Source: Lepidodermella squamata (lineage: Eukaryota; Animalia; Gastrotricha). Taken from it: 64,000 bases of DNA. The position numbers and the translations under genes were made by a program. Position 1 is the first letter of the stretch; each line of letters opens with the position of its first letter. The notes below the pieces were generated by a model that worked only from the letters and a program-made list of their open reading frames with translations, did no database searches and was not told where the DNA came from. The stretch covers positions 1,612,001 through 1,676,000 of the forward strand of contig JBLDXI010000032.1 of NCBI GenBank assembly GCA_047495785.1. The letters run 5' to 3'. Positions 23,704 to 35,285 of the stretch are shown here, in pieces.

Positions 23704-25233
23704 ATGATTCCGCTACTGTTGGCTGGAAGCATCACTGCATTCTTGCTGATAACCTACCGACGTTACCTGCTCGACAAGCGCTATCGCCTCCCACCTGGCC
23801 CTGCTCCTATACCATGGCTCGGAAACCTCAATAAAATGATGTTTACAAGCGAGAAACCAGTTTTGTGGCGATTTCTGCGAGATTTGGCGAAGCAATACGG
23901 CCCTATTATGACATTCTACATGGGTCCAATTCGAATGATTGTGCTGACCAGTGCCAAGGCTGTTCACGAGGCGCTAGTCGAGCAAAGCAAGACTTTCAGC
24001 TGGCGCATTGAACAACGTATTCCAGGCTATGAGAAGATGCAGGACGCCATAGTGTTTGCAAACCATGAGAAATGGCGGAAGAACAGACGTTTTGGCCTAA
24101 AAGCTATGCGAGATTTCGGTAAGGTGATTATTTTAATCGTAAGCCATCAGCTTATTTCTGTTTTCGCAGGTATGGGTAAAGAAGCTATGGTGGTTAAAAT
24201 TCACGAGGAGGCTGTAGTCTTGCTGGATGGGCTCCACGAAGCGGCTAAGAATAAAACGCCGATTGAGCTAAACACAATTGTCACCAATGCAGTTTGCAAC
24301 GTTATTTGCTCGCTGGTCCTCGGCAAGCGTTTGCAATACGACGATCCGAGTTTCCTAGAAGTCCTTAAGCAGTTGGTGACTATAACAGAGCATTCAACAG
24401 TTGAAAGCACAGGCTTCCTACTCTTCCCGCTTCTGAAATATTTCAAGACGCCAAGTCAAATTACAGCGGTAAAGAGCACCGCGGATTTGCTGGAGAAGTT
24501 GGTCAAGCAGGCGATTAAAGAGCACCGTATGGACTATGATCCTGAAAACATTCGCGACTTTCCTGACCTCTTTATTGCCAATGAAAACAGCAAGGAAGAA
24601 GCTATGAATGTGCGAGATTTCGCCGAGGTTATGAACGAAATGTTTGTCGCTGGCACTGAGACGACTTCCACTGCACTAGGCTGGGCCCTTTTCTACTTGA
24701 CAAAGTATCCTGCTATGCAACAAAAATGCCAAGACCTGATCGATTCGGTGATTGATACTGATCGTCTGCCGACGTTGGCCGATCGCCCCAAGCTGGTCTA
24801 CATTGATGCTGTCATGTATGAACTACTTCGACACGCTTCTATTGCTCCCGTGGGGGTTTATCATACGAATCTTGACGAGCATGCTAAATTGTCAGGCTAC
24901 GACGTGCCGCCTAATTCTTTGGTTTTGTACAACGCCACGGCTCTTCATTTCGATGAAACATACTGGAAGAACCCTGAGGTTTTCCAACCGGAGCGCTGGA
25001 TCGATAAGGACGGCCAGTTGTTGAATCACTCCTCACATTTCGTACCGTTCGGCTTGGGTCCGAGAGTCTGCCTCGGCGAGGGTCTTGCGAAAGTAGAATT
25101 TTTCATCTTCTTGGTTTCGATGCTGCATCGTTACAAATTTACACTGGCTACGCCTGATTCCAAGTACGAGGATGGTTTCAATGGTTTCGTTCATAAGCCA
25201 CCGTTGTACAAGGTTGCCGTTGAAAGCCGTTGA
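23704..25233 (+). CDS. Cytochrome P450, clan 2 (copy 3), 492 aa spliced
   Basis: Exons 23704-24118 and 24170-25233. The 51-nt intron is in frame and stop-free, which explains the 509-aa ORF. Confidence 0.95.
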   Translation: MIPLLLAGSITAFLLITYRRYLLDKRYRLPPGPAPIPWLGNLNKMMFTSEKPVLWRFLRDLAKQYGPIMTFYMGPIRMIVLTSAKAVHEALVEQSKTFSWRIEQRIPGYEKMQDAIVFANHEKWRKNRRFGLKAMRDFGKVIILIVSHQLISVFAGMGKEAMVVKIHEEAVVLLDGLHEAAKNKTPIELNTIVTNAVCNVICSLVLGKRLQYDDPSFLEVLKQLVTITEHSTVESTGFLLFPLLKYFKTPSQITAVKSTADLLEKLVKQAIKEHRMDYDPENIRDFPDLFIANENSKEEAMNVRDFAEVMNEMFVAGTETTSTALGWALFYLTKYPAMQQKCQDLIDSVIDTDRLPTLADRPKLVYIDAVMYELLRHASIAPVGVYHTNLDEHAKLSGYDVPPNSLVLYNATALHFDETYWKNPEVFQPERWIDKDGQLLNHSSHFVPFGLGPRVCLGEGLAKVEFFIFLVSMLHRYKFTLATPDSKYEDGFNGFVHKPPLYKVAVESR

Positions 25234-25699
25234 TTGGCAGAAACGATTTGCTCAAGGTTTTGCTTCGCATGGAGTCTAAATCAACGTTTTTATAATAACC
25301 ACACGGTTCAGTACTTCGCATTGTTCTCGCGATTTTATTGACAACTCGATTTTATTATCGCTAAAAAAGATGACCACTGTGTACAAATTCACCTTGTTTT
25401 CAATAAAATGTTGCGATTAGCATTCAAAGAATTAACGAAGAATTTTTTCAAAGGAGTGATTTCAAGAGGAACGAGGTAAGTGGTACCATTTACCAGTTAC
25501 CATTTTAGGCATGGTATGAACTATGAACTTCAAATTGAATTCATGGTATAGGTACCGCATATTGCATACCGCATACCCATAGTGACTGAATTCGGAATAG
25601 AAATTTAATTATTTGAAATAAAGGTTGCTCCTTATTCTACATTTATTTGAATCAAACATTCAAAATCCCCATTGTGGCTAATTCGAGATGTAATAATCG

Positions 25700-25877
25700 C
25701 TTTTTGTGCATTAAATTAGGCCCGACGAGCGGGACACATTTTTCATGCTTTCGAATAAATACCCACGGTTGCCAGTAATTCTCAATACAAGATAAGTTGG
25801 TGCAGTTGATATAGAACGAACGAATCAGCTGCGCGCGAGGCGTCACCAAACGTGTATAAAAAGTCCGATTCGTCCGC
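25700..25877 (+). promoter_or_regulatory. Orphan copy of the P450 proximal promoter
   Basis: Aligns by eye with 32050-32235 (GGACAC..TTT.CATG.TT..GAATAAA ... AACGAACGAATC.G.TGCG.GCG ... GT.TATAAA...CCGATTCGTC) but is not followed by a P450 ATG. Confidence 0.65.
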
Positions 25878-26612
25878 TAGCAATTACTAGCAATGCTCGC
25901 AATCGCCGATTCGCCAGAAAAATGTTTCTTTTCAGAACAGATCTCGTAATCTGATCTATCGACTGTTGAAAACCGCTTAAAAATATTCCTCACTATCGCG
26001 GAGTTATTAATGAAATGCGAAGCAAACAAATATTGGTCATACTTTAATATCGCACTCATGACCACATGCATCTATTCGGTTCCTTCGGAACCTTGATTCA
26101 AGCGGTCATTCATGCAGGAAAAGTGCTTCTGGATTCTGTGCCATCCAATATTCCTTAATTTCAGAATAAATTTGACTTAAGGTATTTTGGTCAAGAGAAA
26201 TGCTCAAAATATTTGTCCCTACGAGCAGGACACGACTTATAATAGCAAACGCGAGCCTCGGACGTCAGTACATTATAATATTCTTTAAACACCCGATACA
26301 TTAATGAGCGTAGCATTCTTTGGCGAGATATAGAGGTTACGAGCACCAGTTCCAGACGGTTGCGTGTTTATTATTACTTATACAGGAAAAAAATGCCTCG
26401 GACATCAGTACTGCTGATCATCACTCTTGCGTTTGGACACGAGTGAGGCTCAAAAAGATGTGTCCTAAGGTGCAGGACAGGGTTTTCTATACAACGAAAT
26501 ATTCGAAATAATGAAGAGAGCAGTCTGTAAGCACGGCAAACGGCTATAAAAGGGCTCCGAATCGTAGGCAAAATAAGAACACATTTCCCAGTTATCACAT
26601 ACAAATTAAAAA

Positions 26613-28142
26613 ATGATTCCGCTACTGTTGGCTGGAAGCATCACTGCATTCTTATTTATAACGTATCGTCGTTTCCTGCTTGACAAGCGATATCGTCTTC
26701 CACCAGGCCCTGCTCCCATACCATGGCTTGGCAACCTCAACAAAATGATGTTTAAAGGAGGGAAGCCCATTTTTTGGCAAATACTGCGAGATCTGGCGAA
26801 GCAATACGGCCCTATTAATACTTTTTACATGGGTCCAATTCGAATGATTATACTGAACAGTGCTGAAACAGTCCATGAGGCGATTGTTGAACAAGGAAAG
26901 ACATTCAGCTCGCGTCTTGAACGACGTATTCCAGGCTACGAGGAGATGCAGGAAGCGATTGTGTTTGCAAGCCACGAGAAGTGGCGGAAGAACAGACGTT
27001 TTGGCCTGAAGGCGATGCGAGATTTCGGTAAGATGACAGATTTTGTTTCGCGAATGAGTTGAACGCTTCACTCCACAGGTATGGGCAAAGAAACAATGGT
27101 TGTTAAAATACACGAGGAGGCTATCGTTCTGCTTGATGAACTGCAGGGAGCAGCCAAGGATAAGAAGCCGATTGAGCTTCAAAAAATTGTCAAAAATGCA
27201 GTTTGCAACGTTATTTGCTCGCTGGTCCTCGGCAAGCGTTTGTCATACGACGATCCAAATTTTCTGCAAGTCATCAGAAAAGTTGACGAAATGAGCGAGC
27301 ATTCAACGATAGAAAGCACGGGATTCTTGCTTTTTCCGCTTCTGAAATATTTCAAGACGCCAGGTCAAGTCTTAGCGGTAAAGAACACTGCGGATCTACT
27401 GGAGAAGCTGCTCAAGCAGGGGATTAAGGAACACCGTACAGACTATGACCCCGATAACATCCGCGACTTCCCTGACCTCTTCATTGCCACTGAAAATAGC
27501 AAGGACGAAGCAATGAGTATGCGAGATTTTGCCGAGGTCATGAACGAAATGTTTGTAGCTGGTACTGAAACAACATCTACTGCTCTGCGCTGGGCCCTAT
27601 TTTACCTCACGAAAAATCCTGCCATTCAGCAAAGATGTCATGAACTGATCGATTCAGTTATTGATACCGATCGTCTGCCGACGCTTGCTGATCGCCCTAA
27701 ACTGGTCTACATCGATGCCATCATGTATGAAGTTCTTCGACATGCTTCCATTGCTCCTCTTGGGCTTTATCATGCGAATCTCGATGAGCATGCTAAACTG
27801 TCGGGCTACGACATCCCTCCGAATTCGCTGGTATGTTACAACGCTACAGCTCTGCACTTCGATGAAACATACTGGAAGAACCCCGAGGTTTTCGACCCCG
27901 AGCGTTGGATCGGCAATGATGGCCAGCTGCTACTTCATTCGTCCCACTTTATGCCGTTTGGCTTGGGTCCAAGGGTCTGTCTAGGTGAGGGACTTGCAAA
28001 GGTTGAATTTTTCATCTTCTTGGTTTCGATGTTGCATCGGAATAAATTTACCCTTGCAACGCCTGAGTCGAAATACGAGGATGCTTACAATGGCATGGTT
28101 CACAGGCCACCATTCTACAAAGTGTTTATCGAAGGCCGGTGA
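26613..28142 (+). CDS. Cytochrome P450, clan 2 (copy 4), 492 aa
   Basis: Exons 26613-27027 and 27079-28142; motifs intact. Confidence 0.95.
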
Positions 28143-29179
28143 TTGCCTAAGGCATTCTGCTTACAATCATACACACTGTCATAAGCCAAATGAAACAACA
28201 GAACATGACATGATACTTCATAACAGGCTAAGTCTGGTAGCATTAATAAGCAAGAATAAAGATACTACAGGTTCAAATTACTTTTTTGTTAGCTTTTTGT
28301 ATAATAGCAATAATCCAATGAATCATTGGCGATGAATTTTTTCCAATGTCGGCTATTTTTTTGCTTCTGGGGCCCAAATGCGAAAAATTACTCGATTACC
28401 GAATAAATTTCTCCTGAAAAAGTCGATCGCCTAGTTCCTAGGGTGACCGGTTATTTTTCTGCAGGCATCAGGTGAAAAAAATGTAGGCGATTTTGTACAG
28501 AACATTCTTACTGTTAGTACTGTTGCGCAGAGGTGGAAACAGGTTGTGTAAACCGGCCGATAGAGAAACCCGTTACCGGTATGGTTCAGGTTAGGGACAA
28601 GGCCGGTTGGAGCAAAAAGCGACCGGTTTACCGGAAAATCATATTGCAAGGCGAAAGAGTTGTGTGTATAATAAAAAAATGCGTTTTTTGCTTTGTCCAT
28701 GCCATGGCTCTGGAAGCTTCAGCAGGAGTAAGAAAAGTTGCTTTTGCAGAAAAATAATGATTCCCAATTCCCTTTTTTCCAAATTAAAAATCCAAACGGG
28801 ATTTTCAGCTGCTAGGTTATTGAAGGGTCGAATTCCTGGCGAGATGGAAGAAGATAATTTCCGAATGATACGAAAATGGGACGAAAAGAGACAGCCTCAT
28901 ATAAAGCCCAATATTACATCCTCATATTTCAAATTAGTCTCAACTCCGACTAACTTTTAATCCTGAAAATACTATTATATGAAAATAAAGAGAGAAACCC
29001 AAGCGTCGCGCAAATAGAATCAATGAAAAGCTCGCTGAAAATTGTAAATAGTATTAAATTGCACAATCTGTGCTAATCAGGACCAAAACCGACATACCGA
29101 CAAAATGGACCGTTCTAAATTATTTCGCCCAGATTTGCGTGACCCCGTTTGTTGGCATTTTGTGTAATGAAAACAAAAC

Positions 29180-29410
29180 CGCCGGACGTCAGTACTTGAT
29201 CATAATTTTTACAAAAAAGCCCATGAAAAACTAGTAAAAACACGCGGCATCGGACATTAGTATTCTTCAATGCCCGATAACGAATACATGCCTACATATA
29301 CTGATGTCAGAGCGTTGCGTTTTTTCACGAGATGGAAGTTACGAGTACTAACGTCCGGGGAGGTCATTTTTCAAAGGCATGAAAAAACAACCTCAGACAT
29401 TAGTGCTTGC
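29180..29410. repeat. Degenerate palindromic promoter block homologous to 23321-23556
   Basis: Same forward-forward-reverse-reverse-forward order of CGGACRTCAGTACT variants, and a shared ATATACTGATGTC.GAGCGTTGCGTTTTT. Confidence 0.75.
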
Positions 29411-29546
29411 CATGTTAAAGATCATTTTTTGTCGCGGCTGTATTTTTTGCAGTTATGAAAACAAATTATGCTTGCGATGCCTATATAAGGCCTACCATTC
29501 GGCGAAACGAGAATTCAGTTTTCGCATTTCAAAAAATACTTTAGAC

Positions 29547-31081
29547 ATGTTTTTATTACTGTTGGCTGGCAGTCTTGCTGCCCTCTTGTTTGTAACTTAC
29601 GTACGTTTCCTACTTGACAAGCGATACCGTCTTCCACCTGGCCCCCAACCAGTTCCATGGCTCGGCAACCTCAACAAGCTGATGTTCAGCAAGGAAAAGC
29701 CTGTAATGTGGAAATTTCTGCGAGATCTGGCGAAGCAATACGGCCCTATCATGACATTCTACATGGGTCCTATCCGAATGATCATACTGAACAGCGCTAG
29801 CACAGTTCACGAGGCGATTGTTGAACAAGGCAAGACGTTCAGCTGGCGCATGGAACAACGCTTACCTGGCTACGAGGAGATGCCGGAAGCAATCGTGTTT
29901 GCAAACCATGACAAGTGGCGGAAGAACAGGCGTTTTGGCCTGAAGGCAATGCGAAATTTCGGTAAGGCAATTTTAAATATTTTTTAGAAATGAGTTCCAA
30001 GCTAATTTGCTCTACAGGTATGGGAAAGGATGCGATGGTCGTGAAAATTCATGAAGAGGTTGTAGTTCTACTTGATGAGTTTCAGACAGCGGCTAAGGAT
30101 AAAAAGCCGATTCAGCTTAATACAATTGTCGTGAATGCTGTTTGCAACGTTATTTGCTCGCTGGTTCTCGGCAAGCGCTTGCCCTACACCGATAAAAACT
30201 TCGTCGACTTTGTGAAGGAAGTGGAGAAAGTTACTGAGCACTCAACAGCTGAGAGCACGTTCTTCTTGCTGTTCCCTTTCCTGAAATATTTCAAGACCCC
30301 AAGCCAAATGTTAAATCAAAAGAGGCAGGTGGCTATACTGGACAATCTGGTCAGGCAGGCGGTCAAGGAGCATCGTATGGACTACGACCCCGATAACATT
30401 CGCGACTTCCCTGACCTCTTCATTGCAAGTGAAAGTAACAAGGACGAGGCTATGGATATGCGTGAATTTGTTGAAATGATGAACGAAATGTTCGTTGCTG
30501 GAACTGAGACAACATCTACTGCCTTACGCTGGGCTATTTTCCAGCTGTCGAAGAATCCTGCCATGCAGCGAAAATGCCACGAACTGATCGATTCGGTGAT
30601 TGATACAGATCGTCTACCGACGCAGGCGGATCGTCCCCAACTGGTCTACCTCGATGCCATTATGTATGAAGTACTTCGCCATGCCTCAGTTATCGCTCTT
30701 GGGCTCTATCATTCGAATCTTGATGAGCATGCCAAAGTCTCTGGCTACGACATCCCTCCGAATTCGCTGGTTTGCTACAACGCAACAGCCCTGCACTTTG
30801 ATGAAACATACTGGAAGAACCCAGAGGTTTTTGACCCAGAGCGTTGGATCGGCAAGGACGGCCAGTTGCTGAATCACTCGTCACATTTCGTGCCGTTTGG
30901 CTTGGGTCCCCGAGTCTGTCTTGGCGAGGGCCTCGCTAAGGTGGAATTCTTCATTTTCTTGGTTGCGGTTTTACACCGATACAAATTTACGCTTGCAACG
31001 CCTGAATCGAAGTTCGAGGACGGTTTCAATGGCTTAGTGCACAAGCCACCGTTTTACAAAGTTTTGGTTGAAAGCCGTTGA
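29547..31081 (+). CDS. Cytochrome P450, clan 2 (copy 5), 492 aa
   Basis: Exons 29547-29961 and 30018-31081; motifs intact. Confidence 0.95.
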
Positions 31082-32288
31082 TCAAGATCGACAAACGCTT
31101 TGCTTTACACACAATGTTCTTAATTTTGTTTTTCAATAAATCAAACATGATAAATTAAAAATTACCTTAGATCGTTGAGCAAATGCCGTTAGGACTAGTC
31201 GGTTTCTCAGGCTTGATTTTGGACTCAATAGCTAAAGTTGGTTAAAACTCAGGTCATTGAGACCTAGGTATTGTTTTTTCAGCGCACAAAGTAATCTAGT
31301 AAAACAAATGTACGAAAGAGGATACCTATAGAGCGATTGATCCGTGACGAATTTAGAGATGCGGCTTTCAAACTAGTGGCCTGCATGCCGGGTTTTGAAC
31401 TGTAAAAGTCTCATTTTAGATTCATTTTGCTGGGAATAGCCCCTTGGCCTCGCATTCAAATTAAGAGTTGACAATTAATAAGGTGGTTACATTTGTTGGT
31501 ATGAAGAAAATAAGAAAGAATTATGGATAAGCAGTCAGAGATATTTGGATAAACTTTGCAATATTTTCAATTCAGTGTAATCAATGTTATTTACCTATAA
31601 TTAAAGCATTCTCTGGGAATGGACTAGAAAGTTACGGCCCACTCAACTTCGAAAGTAGCCACGTTTCGGTAATTGAGTGGTTGACGATATCTTTGCCAAA
31701 CCCATCCAAAATCATTAGCTATTGAGAGGGATGGAGAGATGGTTATAATAGGACTTGTCGAGCAGGGTGCAGTGGGGTTGTAAACGTTTTGCAGTAACTC
31801 ATCATGTGAATGGGTCGCTAAGGTGGAGTATAGGTGGAGTAGACAATATATATTTCTGAAGCGAATGAGTGGGAATAACCTATACACATTAGTTTCTCCG
31901 TGTAATACATCAATTGATTTTGGGCAGAAGCAAAGCCCAAAAAAATTGGACCTACAATGCAAGAAACATATTATTACGGAAACATTCGTGATCCAATTTA
32001 GTATAGTATAGTATAGTAGTATAGTAGAAAAATCGCTATTTGGGCACAAACGAGGCTCAAAAGAAGTTGACCCTGCGCGCTGGACACTTTTTCCATGTTT
32101 TTGAATAAACTCAGCCCTAGCGTGTCAGTACTTCTTTACAAAAGATAATAAGTACCTTGGCGTAGCTGACAAAACGAACGAATCGGTTGCGTGCGGTGTC
32201 GCCAAGCGTATATAAAGCCGCCGATTCGTCTGATTCGACAAAATAAAAATTAATTTTCCATAAGTATTACATACATACAGCTTGAGAA

Positions 32289-33829
32289 ATGATTCTGCTA
32301 GTACTGGCCGGCAGCATCACTGCCCTTTTCCTGGTGACGTATCGACGCTACCTTCTCGACAAGCGCTATCGCCTTCCAGGCCTTCCACCTGGCCCCACGC
32401 CAGTGCCATGGCTCGGCAACCTCAATAAGATGATGTTCAAAGGCGATAAACTCATATTGTGGAAATTTCTACGAGATCTGTCGAAGCAATACGGCCCTAT
32501 CATGACATTTTATATGGGTCCTATCCGCATGATCATACTAAACAGCGCTAGCACAGTTCACGAGGCTCTCGTGGAGCAGGGCAAAACTTTCAGCTGGCGC
32601 CTAGAAAAGCGTATTCCGGGCTACGAAAAAATCCAAGATTCGATCGTGTTTGCGAACCATGAAAAGTGGCGAAAGAATAGGCGCTTCGGCTTGAAAGCAC
32701 TGCGTGATTTCGGTATGAAACTTATTTCGCATTTCTCAGCATAAGCTTAAAGTTTGATATCGCAGGAATGGGCAAAGATACAATGGTTGTCAAAATTCAT
32801 GAAGAGGTCTCTGTCTTGCTCGATGGCCTTCAAGAAGCTGCCAAGGGTAGAAAGCCGATTGAGCTTAAAACAATTATCACAAACGCTGTTTGCAACGTCA
32901 TCTGCTCAATGGTAACCGGTAGGCGTTTGGCTTATGATGATCCCAACTTCCTCGAGGTTTTGCGAAATTTGGAGGAGGTTACTGAACACTCAACGATTGA
33001 AAGCACGACCTTCTTGCTATTCCCGTTTCTAAAGTACTTCAAGCCCGCGAGTCAAGTTATAAATATAAGGAATACGGCCGATATTCTGGAGCAGTTGCTC
33101 AAGCAGGCTGTTAAAGAACATAGGATGGACTTTGATCCGGAAAACATCCGCGACTTTCCTGACCTCTTCATTGCCACCGGAAATAGCAAGGACGAAGCGA
33201 TGAGTTTGCGGGAATTCGCTGAGATTATGAATGAAATGCTATCTGGTGGCACTGAAACATCATCTACTGCACTGCGCTGGGCTATTTTCTATCTAACAAA
33301 GTACCCTGCCATTCAGCAAAAATGCCAGGACGTGATAGATGAAGTGATCGATACTGATCGTCTACCGACGCTTGCTGATCGCCCAAAGATGGTCTACATC
33401 GATGCATTCATGTATGAACTTCTCCGTCATGCCTCCATTGCTGCTGTTGGAGTTTATCACACGAATCTTGATGAGCATGCTAAATTGTCAGGCTACGACA
33501 TCCCTCCTAATTCTTTGGTTTGTTACAACGCTACAGCTCTGCACTTTGATGAAACATACTGGAAGAACCCTGAGATTTTCGACCCGGAGCGGTGGATCGG
33601 CAAAGATGGCCAGTTACTGAGCCATTCGTCACATTTCGTGCCCTTTGGTTGGGGTCCAAGGATCTGTCTGGGCGAAGGTCTTGCGAAAACGGAGTTCTTC
33701 ATCTTCTTGGTATCGATATTGCACCGAAACAAATTTACCCTGGCAACGCCTGATTCTAAATATGAGGATGGTGTGAATGGTATGGTGCACAAGCCACCGT
33801 ACTACAAAGTTGTCGTTGAAAGCCGTTGA
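32289..33829 (+). CDS. Cytochrome P450, clan 2 (copy 6), 495 aa
   Basis: Exons 32289-32712 and 32766-33829. A 9-bp duplication gives RLPGLPPGP; I-helix SGGTETSS; heme motif FGWGPRICLGE. Confidence 0.95.
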
Positions 33830-34244
33830 TCCACGCAGACATGCAGACATTTTGCTTTCTGTGACACTGATAATTATTAGCATCAATCAATAGGAATATT
33901 CCTCCTTGAAGTTGGAAATATAAATACATTTCTAAACCATGTCTATAGTCTGAGTAAACATTTTATGTGAGATCGTAGATTTCCCAAAAAATCATGGAAT
34001 TTGTTTCGATCACGCTGCACGTGAGTTAATAAGTTTGACCCGATGCCCGACAACGTTTTTTGATATGAGAGATTGCTGACACCTGGTCGACCAGAACGCT
34101 TGCCGCTCTGGTGGCCGAAAACTGTGTTTATTGGACAAGATTTGCAACCCTGCGTTTTAAGGAATGGGCTTTCAGGAGTACCTTACAAACTTGTATATAT
34201 TCAGTTGGAATCTGGAAATCTGGTATCTGAAGGGTAACTGAAAT

Positions 34245-34703
34245 ATGCTGCTGCTATTCTTGGTTGGCATTTTCTCTATATTGCCACTGATAACGCATCA
34301 ACACTACCTGCTTGACAAACGCTATCGCCTTCCACCAAGTACTAAGAACTAAATTTATCTAATTTCTACCAAAACTGCATAAAAATCCTGATGATGAAAA
34401 CCTTCTTAAAGTAAGTCAGACCAATCATTGCGATGGTACTAAAAACTAAAACATTTACGTCTCAGGCTGACAAAACCATCCTTGGTAACTTACGCAAGGC
34501 TCTTCTGACTCTATCAACGGTTGTGCACAGTAGCACCCCTCGGCCATAGGCCATAGCTGGGAAATTTGAATAAAATGACCTTCGGTAGCAAGCAACCCAT
34601 CATTTGGCGACTTCTACGAGATCTGCCGAGAAAACATGGCACTATAATGACATTCAACATGGATCCAATCCGAATGATTGTGCTCAGCAGCGCTGAAGCA
34701 GTG
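34245..34703 (+). pseudogene. Truncated P450 pseudogene (exon-1 fragment)
   Basis: MLLLFLVGIF...YLLDKRYRLPP, then a ~200-bp insertion, then P*LGNLNKM (TGG>TAG)...DPIRMIVLSSAEAV, after which homology ends. Confidence 0.9.
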
Positions 34704-35285
34704 GCGGTATTTCCGCGGTTTGCGGGCCGTTATTTCAAAGAGAGGAAAATAGTTGAAATTAATGTTCCGCCGTGAAACTGATTCATTCTTATTCGAGTAT
34801 TCGCTCAAATTTTCATCACCGTCGTTTAACAGTCGTTTCACCGTTGATCTACTCTCAGCTTACACTGAAGCTGCTAAACATGTAAGAAATCGCACGCTTA
34901 AACCTACTTAAAACAACACAAGAAGCCTAACACAAGAATGCACGGAAATACTTTTTATGGCAATGTCAATATTTAACCTCGAGGATAATTTATGCTAAAA
35001 ATCGCGGAAGTTATATCGTAAGTTAACCGTCAATTCACCGTAAACATACTTACCGTTGAAATGCCACGTTTTCATTGTAGAAATGCTTAATTCTTGGTGC
35101 TTATTCTATCCGCGGCACAGCAAAAAATTAAGATGGGAATGAAAAATCAATAAAGACATTACTTTTCTTTTATTATTCCGCGAATTAATACAATATATTA
35201 TGACTTTTTATAAAAATGCCAAACATAACAAACAGTATGTTCGCCTGGGATATTCTAATGTGAAATTGTTAATGATAAAAAAAGT

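Noticed and set aside
28439-28640. TAGGGTGACC hAT-like terminus followed by ACCGG repeats
   Set aside because: No matching opposite TIR or TSD found; too weak to call.
31624-32049. 141-aa minus-strand ORF between P450 copies 5 and 6
   Set aside because: No motif, overlaps a TAGTA microsatellite, and has a non-ATG start; likely spurious.
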